From positions 12,162,581 through 12,226,580 of the forward strand of contig OZ037767.1 in assembly GCA_964035545.1 (NCBI GenBank): a DNA stretch of 64,000 nucleotides. The letters run 5' to 3'. The position numbers were made by a program, and so were the translations under genes. This document shows positions 14,701-45,400 of this stretch, piece by piece. Positions within the stretch are counted from its first letter, which is position 1, and every line of letters begins with the position of its first letter. This stretch comes from Bugula neritina (lineage: Eukaryota; Animalia; Bryozoa). The notes below the pieces were generated by a model that had not been told where the DNA came from, made no database searches, and worked only from the letters and a program-made list of their open reading frames with translations.

Positions 14701-15743
14701 CTTCTTGCTCAATATATGTAATCAGATGAATCGCTTTGCTTTAGAAACTACAGTCTATAGTAGGTACTGCAGAGGAGGGGTGGGGGGGGGTGACACAGGT
14801 AGGGTTCTAATAAACCTTTTTTATTAAAGAAAACACAACTTCTAGCCTAACCAAATATTAAATGAAGTCTCAGATACAATTGTTGGAATAAATATTTGTT
14901 ATTAAACAAGTTCACCCGACCAAGACATTGCGATGAAAGGAGAGCATTAAAAAGCATGACCAGAGAAGAGCAGGTAAATGTTGTATTTGAACTGTACTAA
15001 AGTACATCATAGCCCTGACTACCCTGGCAGGATAGTTTGAACAGACACCATACATTAGTGTTTGGAATAGTGTTTCACCAACACGTTTCTTTGTATGGTG
15101 CAGTCTTCAAACATAACATAAGGGATGACAATTTGCTTTAACCATGCCCACTACTTCGGTATTAATGGTCAAGCTATGGCTACTACTGCTTACTAACATT
15201 GCAGATGGCAATTTCAATGCTGCTTTTCCTTAAGTTTAGCTTAAAGACAGTGCTTCATAAATTAGGCCATTGCAAACCGTAAAGAACTTCTACCAAAAAC
15301 AAACTACCATTTCGTTTATTGATCACTTGGAATGAGTATGCAATACACACACTCCCGAGTCTTAATCGGTAAAAACTCATAAAAAGTCTAGTAGCAACTA
15401 GCAACTAGCATCTAACAACTAGACTAGCAACTAAATAGAAGTGAAGAGGAGTAGTAAATAATCTTATTATTTTAGTAGAAGGGAATACAAACCTAATGTA
15501 ACTAGAAACCTAGCATTATTAATATTGAAACAAAATATGTTGCTCTAATAAGTATCATTAACATTATAACAATTACAGAGATTATAACAATGTAATTATG
15601 ACAAACAATATTATGATAGAATTAATTCTTTTCTTAATTTATCATCAGTTGAAATAGTTTAGTATAATTAATCCTTACACAGAAGCAATTATTATGTGAT
15701 TACCCGTTTTACTGCTTCTCCTCTTGAAACAGATACAATCCAT
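5721..15743 (-). CDS. single-PDZ-domain protein (periaxin/AHNAK-like PDZ) with long disordered Ser/Thr/Glu-rich C-terminus; 11 coding exons
   Basis: Phase-consistent GT-AG exons: 15743-15704 (MDCICFKRRSSKT), 13991-13878, 13445-13357, 11734-11591, 11195-11051 (EVELVSRDSVGPGFSVTGTLTDGIIIGSLNDKGPALESGKVSV), 10907-10623 (GDRILSVKIEFGNMTYEDALTILSYAAPYPMTLEL), 9746-9596, 9324-9147, 8906-8065, 6744-6694, 6102-5721 (stop). The GFSV...GD.IL.V pattern is a PDZ signature. Confidence 0.8.
7146..8060. repeat. pure (CCA)n/(TGG)n trinucleotide tract, ~915 bp, intronic
   Basis: Uninterrupted CCA repeats beginning right after the minus-strand donor AG|GTGAG at 8064. Confidence 0.97.
8361..8492 (-). repeat. 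coding 30-bp tandem repeat (TVDTVKPSPL / TVDTVKPATL, ~4.5 copies)
   Basis: In frame within the large exon of the PDZ gene. Confidence 0.85.
12301..12556 (+). mobile_element. small inverted-repeat element with GGTAAAAATGGCAC-type arms; copy 1
   Basis: Arms GGTAAAAATGACACAAG ... CTTGTGTCATTTTTAGC; related copy in opposite orientation at 46310-46514. Confidence 0.65.
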
Positions 15744-15754
15744 CTGCACTGGTG

Positions 15755-15870
15755 TCTCTGTATACTCTACTCTGTATACTCTATTTCTGTCTCTGTATAC
15801 TCTATTCCTGTCTCTGTATACTCTACTCTGTAGCCTATACTCTATTTTGGTCTCTGTATACTCTACTGCT
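15755..15870. repeat. TCTCTGTATACTCTA-type minisatellite
   Basis: Visible degenerate tandem units just upstream of the PDZ gene ATG exon. Confidence 0.8.
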
Positions 15871-18800
15871 GTTATTGATGATTCATGTAAATATGAATAT
15901 TAACGGCTGATAGCGGAAGCCCTAGTGACAGAAACGTTTCAAGAGATAGCAGTGTGCAAACTCTCAGCTAATTATTAGCAAATTAAACAAAAGAGGGCAG
16001 AACTTAACCGACCAGCTAAGAAATTAGTGTGCTTCAAGTGCATTCCTACAGTTTCACTAGCACTATGTGTGTTTAGTACTCTTTAATATGCAGTACAACA
16101 ATAGGGTAGCACTACAGCTACAGGCGGATTGAAATGCGGTGTTGTGAAGGGGGTAAGCTGCCTAGAGCTCGGATACTTGAACATGCAGTAATAACACACA
16201 AGTGTCTTACAAAGCATGCAGATTGATTTACTGTATACAGTTGCCTTCTCTACATTTGTATTACAATTTAAATTCAATTTAAAGCAAGAATATGCCAATG
16301 ATCAATAATGCTATCAAGAGTATTTAAATATTGGCAAATTTACTTAATTCAAACTATGAATAAACCTCAGTAGGTATTCAAAAGTTAATAGCATCAGTGA
16401 AATAATATTTTTGATATTCATTTTAGACTTGACAACAAAAAGTAAAAATATTGTAATGCAGCATATTTTTTGAATATTAAGTATTGCACCAGAAACTTAA
16501 GTTTGTGTGTCTTCTTCAATTATAAATTTGTTCCACAGCAGCTATAAGCCCTTAAAATGCGTGCAGCATTTACTTAAAGTTCAGCTATATTCAAGTTACC
16601 TACTATCATGTAGATACCCACCGCAGTAGTATATAGGCCATTTAAAACTGAAGTATGTAAGTTTGGTATGAGTATCATTGATTGAGCAGGTTCTTAAATA
16701 GTTGAATTTTCAAAAAATAATGGTTGCTCAAAGGTTTTCGACTTGGTTCAATTTGCTGTGGTAAGCTTAAAGAAGCATCAGTTACTGCAATCACTTCACT
16801 TCTAATAAATATATCAGCACCAAAAGCTGGTATTTTTCATTCAACTGTATAATTGATAGAAAAACTTGTATATAAATTATTTTCAAATTCATTTTAGACA
16901 AATTTTAAAGCATTTTTTATAGCATAAAGTTGTAGTAAAGTTTCATCATAAGGCAAGGCATTTTCCTTGTTGACTTCACAAGACCTCGAGTCACCAGACT
17001 CATAGAAACTACCAGGCAGTTGCTAGTGATGCTTATCCCCCTCTAAATTCCTTACATCAGCTGGAGCCACTCACTGCATTGTGATCTGTGCTAAGTACAC
17101 AAAGGGTGCTGCTTTCATTGAGTTATGACTAAACACAGCACACAATGGTTTGGCAAAACCACAATGCCTGCGCATAATACCAATGGACAGTGTATCAATA
17201 TTACTCTTTTTTATTCAATAGTAAAAAATCACGCATCATTTGTGGCCAGTTATGTAAAAACACAGGTAATTAAGATTGTAATTACAATTCATAATATTAC
17301 AATGGACAAAAGATTTGTAACTAAGCTATTATTTTAAGCAAAGTGTATAGCGTCTGTTTCAGCTATGAACTCAGTCAACTCTCATGTGTTATACAATTAC
17401 TGGCAAGTAACTTCGTGTATAAAGTGGCTCGCAGTTTAATTGAATCAACAATTTCACCAATTACCAGCGTCATGCTCACTAAAACTGAAAAATGTGTAAC
17501 TAGACAATGAAATCAAATGGCTCCAACCCTACCCACTCAGTTTACCAATATCTACTTGTATTCACTGAGAGAAATGTCTCACATTAATCTATCTAGCTTT
17601 GGAGCAGTGAACTGTGTGTAGGACAGGACAGATCAGCTTTTAGCCATATTATGGGATAGACATTTACACACAAATATAATGCAGTTATTTAATGCAAATT
17701 TTCTTATCTGCAAGTACTGACATTTTTAACCCATAGATACCATAGGATGTAGTGCAAAATTTGTGATACAGTATAACAAAGTGTGTACAAGTACTGGTTC
17801 AAGAAATAGTTAAACATGTGGATATTTGCATGATGAGGTACACAAATGTGACTACTAGACGACTACTGCATGACATGGGCTATTTGTAGATGCTACGTGC
17901 AAATGTATGACAGAATCGGACAACAGGACATTAGGTGTTATATCTAATATTATCTACATATATTGTTGATATTGAAAACTCTTGCATGAGGCGGTACCAT
18001 TTAATGATTTATTGTTTAATAGTAACAGCTTCAGCAGTGTGCTGCATTGTAATCATACATAGACAAATTGAACAATTCCAACAAGGGGCACTGGCCTACA
18101 TATAAAGTAACTCATTATTTCTCATTATTAAACAATAGTTGAGCTAAAAAGGCAACTTCAATAAACTATATTCTTTGGTCATGTAACACAAAATCAGCAG
18201 CAGTGAGCTGCAAGTATGCCAGGTACCACATTTTAGCATATGATAACTTGTTTAAAAACAAGTGCGTCTTGAATACTATTTCTCTACAAGAAAGACGTTT
18301 CCTGGTTTACTAAACACTGGTATGTTTTAGCTGTCACCGCGAAACACTGCCAGCCAATTTACCCAGCTATGTCATCTATATATAATATTCCATATACTTC
18401 TTGATTCCAATACCTACAAACACAAGTAACGCGCCCTAGTAATGTGTGTTGGTCCAAGCAATGTGTGTTATCCGTTAATCTTTGGGTAAGAAAATGGGTT
18501 GCCCTATGTATTAGATTCCCTCAGCTCCAGATGAGTAATATAATAACAGTTAGGAGCATCCCGAGACAACTTTAAAAACGGCAAGTAGGTTTTAAAAGAC
18601 CTGATATATGGAGAGAGGCATTCCAGGAGGTCATACATATCACTTTTTATTAAAACTGCCTTCGAGAAACCCTGGCATTCTAGACATAAGTTTTGGTTAT
18701 ACCTTCACCATTTTCAGTCAGAAATTCAATTTCACAGAGTTGGATTGTAAAAGTCACTCGTCAAAATTTTTGTACTGTGATTACTTGATGAATGATAATT

Positions 18801-19358
18801 AAAAGAAATAATTACTCCTTGTAGATATCGGTAGTTAAATTCAAGAAAAAGCTTCATGTTTATAATTATATTGGCCTACACTTTCTCAATTATAGCTTCT
18901 ATGCTGTCAACTCGACTTTTCAACGAGCATCAAATAGTGATCAAGAGAGTCATATTTCACTATTAGAAAGTAAGCTTCTACATCAATATGATTTCAACGA
19001 ATTTCAGTAGAAATTAACTAAAACCCGGTACTTTTTTCAGCAAAGGTAGAAATGCATCTTTAGACTGTCTACTTCTTAGTCAACATGTTGTAGAAACAAG
19101 AAATAAACCACTTAATGTATCAAATGTTCAGCCATTAACTTTATCAGCAACAAAGTGGAAAGTAAAGGTAATAAAACCAAAAAAAAATGTTAAAAAAGGT
19201 CTAAATACTACTACTTGTAATGGCAAATAGCTATATATAAACTTCAGGGCAAAGAAAGCACAACTCCTACATAAAATGAAAACATTCACTACTCTTGGAC
19301 TAACTTATTACAAATTACAATAAAATCTACTCCTACTATACTTAATCTACCTGTAGAC

Positions 19359-35886
<16,528 letters not shown>

Positions 35887-36491
35887 GCTGATGTCGTACC
35901 GGTACAGCAAGTTTAGAGTTAAACAAAAGCTAGCAAAATGTGTGAGAAATCCTCCACAGAGGCATTAAGTTTAGCATAAATCATTAAATGTTTGTATAAG
36001 TATTACCATACTTTTATGATTTACTATTGTCTATTGGTATTAGTATTAACGACCAGGCGAAGATCTAGGAGAAAATTGTTCCCGACTGAGCGGATATCGT
36101 GGACAAAGACGTGCCTTTAAATTATAAGCTTTGACCCTTGGCCTTAGCAAAACTTTCAGTTTGGGTCTTTTACATAATGCGGGGAGGGTTATAATTTATA
36201 CACATATAGAGTAGCAAGTTTGGCCATTTACAAAACTTTTTCCGCCTAAACTTTTAATTTTGTCTATGCATGATTGCAAAACCAAAGTGGTGCAGAGTGC
36301 TACAAGCAGTAATCTGGTAGCCGGGAGTGAAAATCGCTCTAACTGCAAGGCTTACAAATCTCTATCCTGAGTTGGTGGTCGATTCAATATATTGCTATAA
36401 GACTGAAGGCTACATTATCCCTGAGAAGTTCGCTCAACCTATAAGTAAAAGTAAAATAATACTATTCTAAAACTAAAGGGAACCTGTGAAG
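35887..36491. promoter_or_regulatory. putative bidirectional promoter/5'UTR region between the FAM98 and GSTZ1 start codons
   Basis: Divergent ATGs at 35886 (-) and 36492 (+), 605 bp apart, with locally higher CpG. The promoter is inferred from geometry only. Confidence 0.6.
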
Positions 36492-39400
36492 ATGTCAAAA
36501 GTAAGCGCCAACAGTAGTACGAGTAACACTAACAATAAGTATAACAGTGACACTAAGACTAAGAGTAAGACTAAGAGCAAGTATAACAGTAACTTCTAAG
36601 CAGTAGGTGTAGCACTAAGTCTAATGTCTAACAGTAACAGCAACATGAGCATTACGACTAACACTAAAACTAAGACTGCTGGCTATATTAATATTAAAAC
36701 ACTGTAACAGTCACAGTGTAAGACTTAGACTAAGTGTAGTAGTGACTGTAAGCGACCTGGTAAAACTAAGTCTAAGTGTGAATACCAACAGTAACACTAA
36801 CAGTAACTACTAACTAGGCATTTAATTATATAAATTATAAATGTAACAAAAACTAAAAGTATAAATAAACCCATGATGATGATATGGTGATAAGTAACTA
36901 ATAGTTATACTTGTAATGGTAATGGCTCAATGCTGTCTTGCAACAAATCTTGCAACTATAATGATAATTATTGACTTTACAGTTTAAAATTAATGGCACT
37001 GTTACTGTAGTTGATGGCTCTCACAACGTTACCTTTAATGTAAATTTTCATTAAAAACATTGGTACATTATCATTATAACTTAACAAGAGTAATGCACAT
37101 GTTTTTATAAATTATACGCCTGCTGGTATTTTTTAAAATAAAAATCTCTAACAACAATGCAACATCTGTTAATAATTTTAATATTGATGATAAATTGGTA
37201 ATAATGGCATAATGATAATCTAATAACTATGAGTAATAACAATGCCTCAATACGAATATATTATTCATAACATTACTAATTATATTGTCGGATTGACACA
37301 GTTGATAGATCGCATGATTCTTAACCAGTAGGTTGTGGGTTTTAATCTCAGCTGTGGCATTTCTGGCAAAAAGCCTCGTACCTTACTTGCTGGGTTTATT
37401 ATTATTATGATCTTAGCACATTCTCTGTCAAGTGCCGCAAGCTTTGTGAGCGTTGAGAAAAATACCTCTAAAAGATTTCTTTGCAGGTTTGTGGGATAGG
37501 TTGTCATATGGGCTAAAGCCTAAAGGCTAACTGATAACGCCCTGAAATAAATCAACCACCTAAAATGTGATGAATTGAAATATAGATAATAAAACTAGAG
37601 ATGTGAATAACATGTCTAAGCAAGCTAGATATATATTTTCATCAGCGGAAATATGGGGCACCAGGCAACTAACAGTTATTAACATTTTACTGTAACAATT
37701 AGAAGATATTTAGGAAAAAGCAACCAAGTGGTCATAAAATGCTACTTCAACAATAGGGAGATACAGAAGAGAAATGTATGAAATCTGGAAAGAAAAAAGG
37801 AGGCTTGACATCATCACACAAAACTTATTGGATCAAGTTAGGAAGATGAAGAAACACAAACAGCTTTCCAAAGAAGTGCTTAATGAGATTAAAAACGAGG
37901 ATTGCAAACAACTAAAAGAGCAACTGATGAAGATAATGGGAAAATAGGACAACATAAAGTTGATGATATACAGCCTAAAATTGAGGCTAGACTAGAACTG
38001 AAAAGTATAACTTAAAAGGCAGATGGAGTTGTAGATTAACCATTTAACAAGATTTTATAAGCTGATTGGTAATTATTTGCAGAAGTGCTTAGAAGATGGA
38101 AATGTCATGGAATGGATAGAACTAGGGAGAACAGCATTGAACATAAAAGGCATAGTTAAAGAGGACAACTTAGAAATCATCAACCTGTTGCCTGTTTGCC
38201 CCTCATGTGGAAAATATTCACAAGTACATTCAATGAAAAGATGTAGGGGTAACGGGGGGCACAACGGGCCGAATTTTGCATTTGTTGCTCTCATTCGTCT
38301 GTTTTTCAAGTTACTAGTTCAATAATCTCTAGTCTTAATGCTGCATCTGTTGTCTATTACAGGTATCAGTTTGTTGTTTCTATCTCTCTCACAACTTTCA
38401 GAATAATGAAATGTTCACGACAAAAAAATCGGCCCATTGTGCCCCGGTACCGGGGTACAATGGGACACAACAAATATATTGAAATTTTGCGTATATTTTG
38501 TTACATCTGATCTTTATTTATTTAATATTACAAATAAATAAAGATTCTCTTTCAGATCTACAGCAAAATTCATGTTTTAGCTGTACAGTTTGTGTTACTA
38601 CGGTTAGCAGAGGAAGGCAAAATCAAACGCACATCATTCGGTTCTGCAGTGCCATTATCATTACTGTTTAGAACTAAAAATGTTCTGTTATTTTCACTTC
38701 AGAGCAATGTTTATCAAAAAAAAACTTTAGTAACATGTACTACAAAAATCCAAGTAGACTTTTTTCTATGAACTGTAGCTAATGTGCATGCATGGCTGAG
38801 GTTTGTGACTGGAGTACGGAGGGGAGAGGGGGAGCAAATGAGCAAATCACAATTTATTTCAGTCAAATACATGTATATTCCCTCAATGGTGTAATATATA
38901 ATGATTATCATGACTATCTACTAGTAGTAACAGCAGAGTGTTTTGTATTATGTATAAAATTGCAAAGCTTTAACCTCACCAGATGTATATATTAGGGGAG
39001 CTTCAACTTGTAGTTTTGTAGTCTTACCATGATGTCTTTGATATTTTACAAAAAGGTCAGAAATGGCTATATTTATAAATTTTAGTAACAGTTCAACCAA
39101 CTTTTTAGGCAAACAAACTAATAACAGTGATCAGGGTGCAATAATCAGGTGGCCCATTGTGCCCCGGTCAGCGTGGCCCATTGTGCCCCGTGTGGCCAAA
39201 TTGCAAATAAATGTGCCTCAAGGAAATTTTATATCAGTGTTTGCTGTTATACTAGTTAAGCATTGTAGAGACAAGCAATGGCAACAATATTAGTAAAATC
39301 TAGGCTTCTTGCCTTTGAGTGTAAAAAGTTATGAGGCTTTAACGACGTCCTAAAAAATTTACAAAAAGTAGGTAAAAACAGTTTTTTACTTGCCTTTTCA

Positions 39401-42400
39401 ACACGTATGTTCCGCAAGTGTTGAAACTACAAAGGCTCAATAATTATGTCAATATCTTTTTATGAAAAAAAAATCACAACATTAAGTTAATAAGTTCTCT
39501 CACAATTTGGCCGGCTTTTTGTACCCCTATGACCGTTGTGCCCCCCCCCCCCCCCCCCCCCGTTACCCCTATAATCATATCCACATAACGATTCATATAG
39601 CAGTCTATAGTAGCTATTGAAATTTATTGGAATAATAAATATATAAATTGAACAATGTTCCGGTTGCCAGGCTGCTTCCCAATCAGCTTGCCTGTAAAGT
39701 TGATATCTTTGTAATTCAACATATTACCTTTGTGAATAAACATGTCGCCTGTGACTCAACAATAAGGTCTCCGTCACTTGCACAGTTCTATGGCTCTTTC
39801 CTGTCCATAACAGTCATTCTTGTCAAATTTGCTAGCAATCACAGTATTTACAATGTATGTTGCATCAATCACGGCAAGTTTGTTCAGCTGCAGTAACAGA
39901 GAAGTTTTAATAATCATGTATTTTTGCCATGTAGATTTTAACTTTTTTTTATAAATATATTTTTACAAAACTCCTTATCTTAGAAAAATAGGTTTTTTTT
40001 CTATTGGTGCACTTTCCTGGACAATTATGACATATGCATGCTGTCTTGAAAAACCCCTTAGCAGTAGAGTTTGTATAATTTACTTTACTTTAAATTTACT
40101 TGAATAATAAATTAGCTACACTTCTATGTAGCACAATCTACTATATGTGAGTTACCATATGTACATAGAGACCTAAATTAAATCTAATTAAACTCACATG
40201 CACAAAATTGGCCTACTAGCATAATTTCTATATCAACACATGTTGCTTCTCCATTTTAGCCTGTGCTTTTTTCCTACTTCAGAAGTTCTGCCTCTTGGAG
40301 AGTGAGAATAGGTTAGTAACATATATATGTCTTACTCACAAGTAGACGATAGTAAATTGTATTTTTAGGAGTCGTCTTCTAAATAATGCTTTGGCTTGGA
40401 CAAAGATACCAGTAATTCAGCAGAATCGATTCAGAAACTAATGTATATGTAAAATCATTGCCTTGCAACCATAAGCTGCTCTGTCTAATTTTTGTATTTA
40501 GAAGAATATGATGATGTTGCAATACAATCTCGAAATATTAAATATAAGTATGTTTTTATTGAATATTTAAATTATGACAATAATTTTCTCTAGACAATGC
40601 CTATTTATAACAGTTTATGGTAGCTATTGAAACTTTTGGAATCTGATAGATTAGCAATTCTAAGTAGGATCTTTCTACTGCTCCACTTACTAAGTGATAA
40701 ACTTTAAGTAATAAACTGCTGCTTGAGGCTCTCAGGCCAGTAGTCAATTATAAAGATTTTGATTCTTCCTGTGAACTGATGAGACATCTCAAACTTTTCA
40801 TTTTGCAAGCTGATGAAAACTCATGTTTTATATTAATTCAATATTTTTTGCCATTTAGCTTTAGCTTTGAAAGGCATTGACTATGAATATAAAGCTGTAC
40901 ACCTAGTGAAAGATGGTGGGGAACAGGTAAATAATATATGTAGTTGAAATAGTTGACATCAAGTAGGGACTCTGCACTAATCCATTACTTCTCATTCATA
41001 TTTTTTCAAACAGTGTCGCATACTATGGAAGTTTAAGCAAAACTTTTTGTCCGCAGAAATCACAGTTTTGTATTTTGAATGCTATAATTGTAATTGTAAC
41101 CATGTAATGTGTCCAACTACTGCACTGTAAACCTGCTTATAACTGTGTAGCACAAAGCAGAATACCTGCAGCTCAATCCACTTGGGCTAGTGCCTTGTCT
41201 CATTATTGATGGACATACACTCACGGACTCGATTGCCATCATGGAGTATCTAGAGGAGACGCGTGGTGGACCCAAACTACTTCCAGATGATGCTGCTCTA
41301 AGAGCCAAGGTAATATTTTGCTGAGTTTAGGAATAAGATTGTGGTGGAAGAAAATGTGCACTAGGTAATTGGTTTAATTACACTGGAAGGGATACTAATA
41401 CAATAAACACAATAAGGAACAAAAAACAAAATATATATCCAAGTGAATTCTCCAATAACAGTAACTACGTATAGGCTGTGGTTTATAAATATGGAAACTG
41501 AAAGTTAACTGTTTTGCTTGACTAATTTCACCCAGTGTTATGTTTTCACCCCTCTGTGAACTGAGAGGTTCCAGATTCCCCGCCTTGACTTCCTGCACAG
41601 TGAGATGTTTGGCTGTGAGCAATACTTTACACCAAGTTTAGCTCCTGTTCTCTTCTATCCTTCCTTCTCTCTTATCTAAGTTATTAGCTGTGTTGTCTAC
41701 TACTGCTGTAATGGAGAGTTGTCCTCCACTGCTGCCATTCTACAATCAGTCAGCAAACACATGAGTATCGCCAACTGCACCTTAGTCAGTCTCTTGTCTA
41801 TGGTGATAATGCAGGTGCTAACCTGACGTATCAATGCACTTCTGGCGCTGGCCTGCTGCTCCTTCTGTTCTGCCTCCATCTTCTCTAGCTCTGCCATATT
41901 AGGGACATTTTGTCGGTTAAAAATATTGACTCTCTTTCCGGCATTTCCTGTGTCCATTATGGTGCCTGGAGTCTCACCAAATCTGTTCTCTGTTTCAAAG
42001 TTGGCACCGGCTTGCACTAGTAAGCTGGCTAGTGAAATATTAGAGTAACATGTGTAGATCTATAACTAACACACTGTGTGCATGTCGTAATATTACAATA
42101 TCTACTTCTGACATACACTCTGGTATCTACTTACTTTATATACTTACACTATCTACTTACTTTATATACTTACACTATCTACTTACTTTGTATACTTACA
42201 CTATCTACTTACTTTGTATACTTAGACTATCTACTTACTTTGTATACTTACACTATCTACTTACTTTATATACTTACACTATCTACTTACTTTATATACT
42301 TACACTACCTACTCACTTTATATACTTACACTATCTACTTACTTTGTATACTTACACTATCTACTTACTTTGTATACTTACACTATCTACTTACTTTATA

Positions 42401-45400
42401 TACTTACTTTATATACTTACGCTATCTACTTACTTTGTATACTTACGCTATCTACTTACTTTGTATACTTACACTATCTACTCACTTTGTATACTTACAC
42501 TATCTACTTACTTTATATACTTACTTTATATACTTACGCTATCTACTTACTTTGTATACTTACGCTATCTACTTACTTTGTATACTTATACTATCTACTT
42601 ACTTTATATACTTACACTATCTACTTACTTTGTATACTTACGCTATCTACTTACACTATCTACTTACTTTGTATACTTACACTATCTACTTACTTTGTAT
42701 ACTTACACTATCTACTTACTTTGTGTACTTACACTATCTACTTACTTTGTATACTTACACTATCTACTCACCTATAACATACCACCTCTCCATACATGCC
42801 AGGTGCAGGGCTGTGTTTCCAAACTTAGTCCTCAAATTCACGTCTGCTTGAGACTTGAGTAAATGTCGAACAGCTAGCCTCTTCCCATTGTACACTGCCG
42901 CATGGAGTGGTGTTACATCATCATTATCCTTCAACATTCCCATTCACTTTATCAGCGCTTACATATAATATTATGTAGTAACTTTACATGACCTGGCACA
43001 CACTCACACTATTTATACTAGGCGAATACTTTACACATATGTGTAGCATGATGGAACTGTGAAGTTTCTCAAAGACTTGTTTGATTGGCTGAGTACTGTT
43101 AAGCAATTCTGGCTTTTCATATTTCAACTTCGTGTTTGTATATATATCAGTACTGAGTTATTGGGAATAGCAGTGAGATTTAATATAGTCTTAAAAAATA
43201 TAATAATTTATAACAATGAACAGTCAAACCATGCACAAAGATTTGACGTATTATTGCAAAGAAACCTTTTCTTCGCCTACTTGATCATCTCTCCACAACC
43301 TACAGTGCAGCTGCTAACCTCTAAAGTTGGTTTCTACTTGGATACATGAGAGTACAGTATACAGTTACCTGGATGTTAACTTGTGCTCCGTGCTGTAACA
43401 GTAGATCCAACACTTCCGTGTGGCCATAAAGAGCTGCACAGTGTACAGCTGCTCGACCCTTCTTAGTTCTGATGTTAGCGTTGGCTCCGTTGCCTTTAAA
43501 TTACACAAATAATAGTTTTTTTAATATAGGAAATGATGAAAAAAAACACAAAAATCCTAAAATAATTAAATTTTGTAAAGCTTGCTATTGAGTGTGTAAA
43601 TAGACCCAAAGTGTAATTAAATTGTTATGGGAAGTATAATAGTATTGTGACAGAAAGTGTAATTATATTGTGACAGGAAGTGTAATTATATTGTGACAGG
43701 AAGTGAAATTATATTGTGACAGAAAATGTAATTATCTTGTGACAGGAAGTGTAATAATTATATTGTGACAGGAAGTGTAATTATATTGTTATGGGAAGTG
43801 TAATTATCTTGTGACAGGAAGTGTAGTTATATTGTAACAGAAAGTGTAATTATATTGTGACAGGAAGTAAAATTATATTGTGACAGGAAGTGTAATTATA
43901 TTGTGACACGAAGTGGAATTCTATTAATGGCTAAGGTGTGGTAACTCCCCATTGCCACTATGAGCAGTGATTACACATGTCATGTTCTGCTCAGTATGAT
44001 TGTACGAGTTTGTTATTCTAAACTAATATTATTACTATCTTGTTGTTTAACATTTATAGTCTGACAAAATTAATATAAGTTGAATAGAGGTGATATTTGA
44101 TGTTGTTTAATCAAAGGCTGTAGTGATAAACTTTAGTGATGAATGTACATGACCTGGGGATATGAGTGCATACTCTGTAGCCTACTGCATACTGTATACT
44201 ACTCTGCACTGTATACTCTATACTCTGCACTATATACTCTATACTCTGCACTGTATACTCTATACTCTGCACTGTATACTCTATAGTCTATACTCTGCAC
44301 TGTATACTCTATACTCTCCACTGTATACTCTATACTCTCCACTGTATACTCTATACTCTGCACTGTATACTCTATACCCTGCACTGTATACTCTATAGTC
44401 TATACTCTGCACTGTATACTCTATAGTCTATACTGTTCATCTCAGAGGTAGTTTATTGACAGTCTTACAAGTTGTACTTTACTGAAATACCTGCACTTTT
44501 GCACCGACAGTTATCTAATGGATCATCTCTCATAATATCTTATAGGATTATTAATGCTATATTAGATTTTATGTATGTATTTTATGCAATGGAGTATTTA
44601 TATATATCATGATTTTAATGAGATCTACACAATATAGATACTACAGCTAGAGTAATAAATATTTACCTTAAGTAAACACAGACACTGTATACAAATAAGC
44701 AGTATGTACACTTGCTCTCACTGTGATCTAATCTGCCTGAACAGTAGAATGAAGGAAAAATAATTAAGTTTTTTTTCAAAACTTCAAAGACTGCAATATT
44801 TTGTAGTATTAGTAATTAATTAAATTGTTTGTGAAGGTGTTTCATCGTAACAGAATTTTTTGTAGCATTGAAAACAGTGAGATTCGATTGCTAAGCTTGC
44901 GATTCATCTTTAATGAAATTAATTAAAATTAAAAACAAAAACTACAACTATTTAAGAATTTTAAAACAATGTTATAATATGCGGTGCAGACCATATTAAT
45001 TTCAGCTTTATAAGCTCTCTGTGTCGTTTGTTTATTATTATATTATACAAACCTAGTTTGTTGGTCATTTTATATTAAATGCTTCATCAAATTGTTATTT
45101 ATTTTCTATGGAACCTCCGTGATGTTTAGCTCAAGTTGTCCTATTATCTATATCAACAGCTCACCGCTTTTGACCTACCCTGTTTCAGGCATTTTATATA
45201 TTAGTCCTTTAAACTAGTCATTTCAGCTAGCTACTCTCTTGAATTAAACTTATTTATAATGTTAAAAAATTTTTTCACCGTATTCAATATGCATAATGCA
45301 AATGTGAAAAAAATCTGTGCATATTTGCTGATCGCATAAGCAAAATCGGAGATGATAAGTAAATGTGTAAAGTATTTTATGTATAAACATAGGGAGAGCT

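Noticed and set aside
42050-42862. Long hydrophobic YLLTLYT ORFs resembling membrane proteins
   Set aside because: 26-bp minisatellite inside an ankyrin-gene intron; open in several frames.
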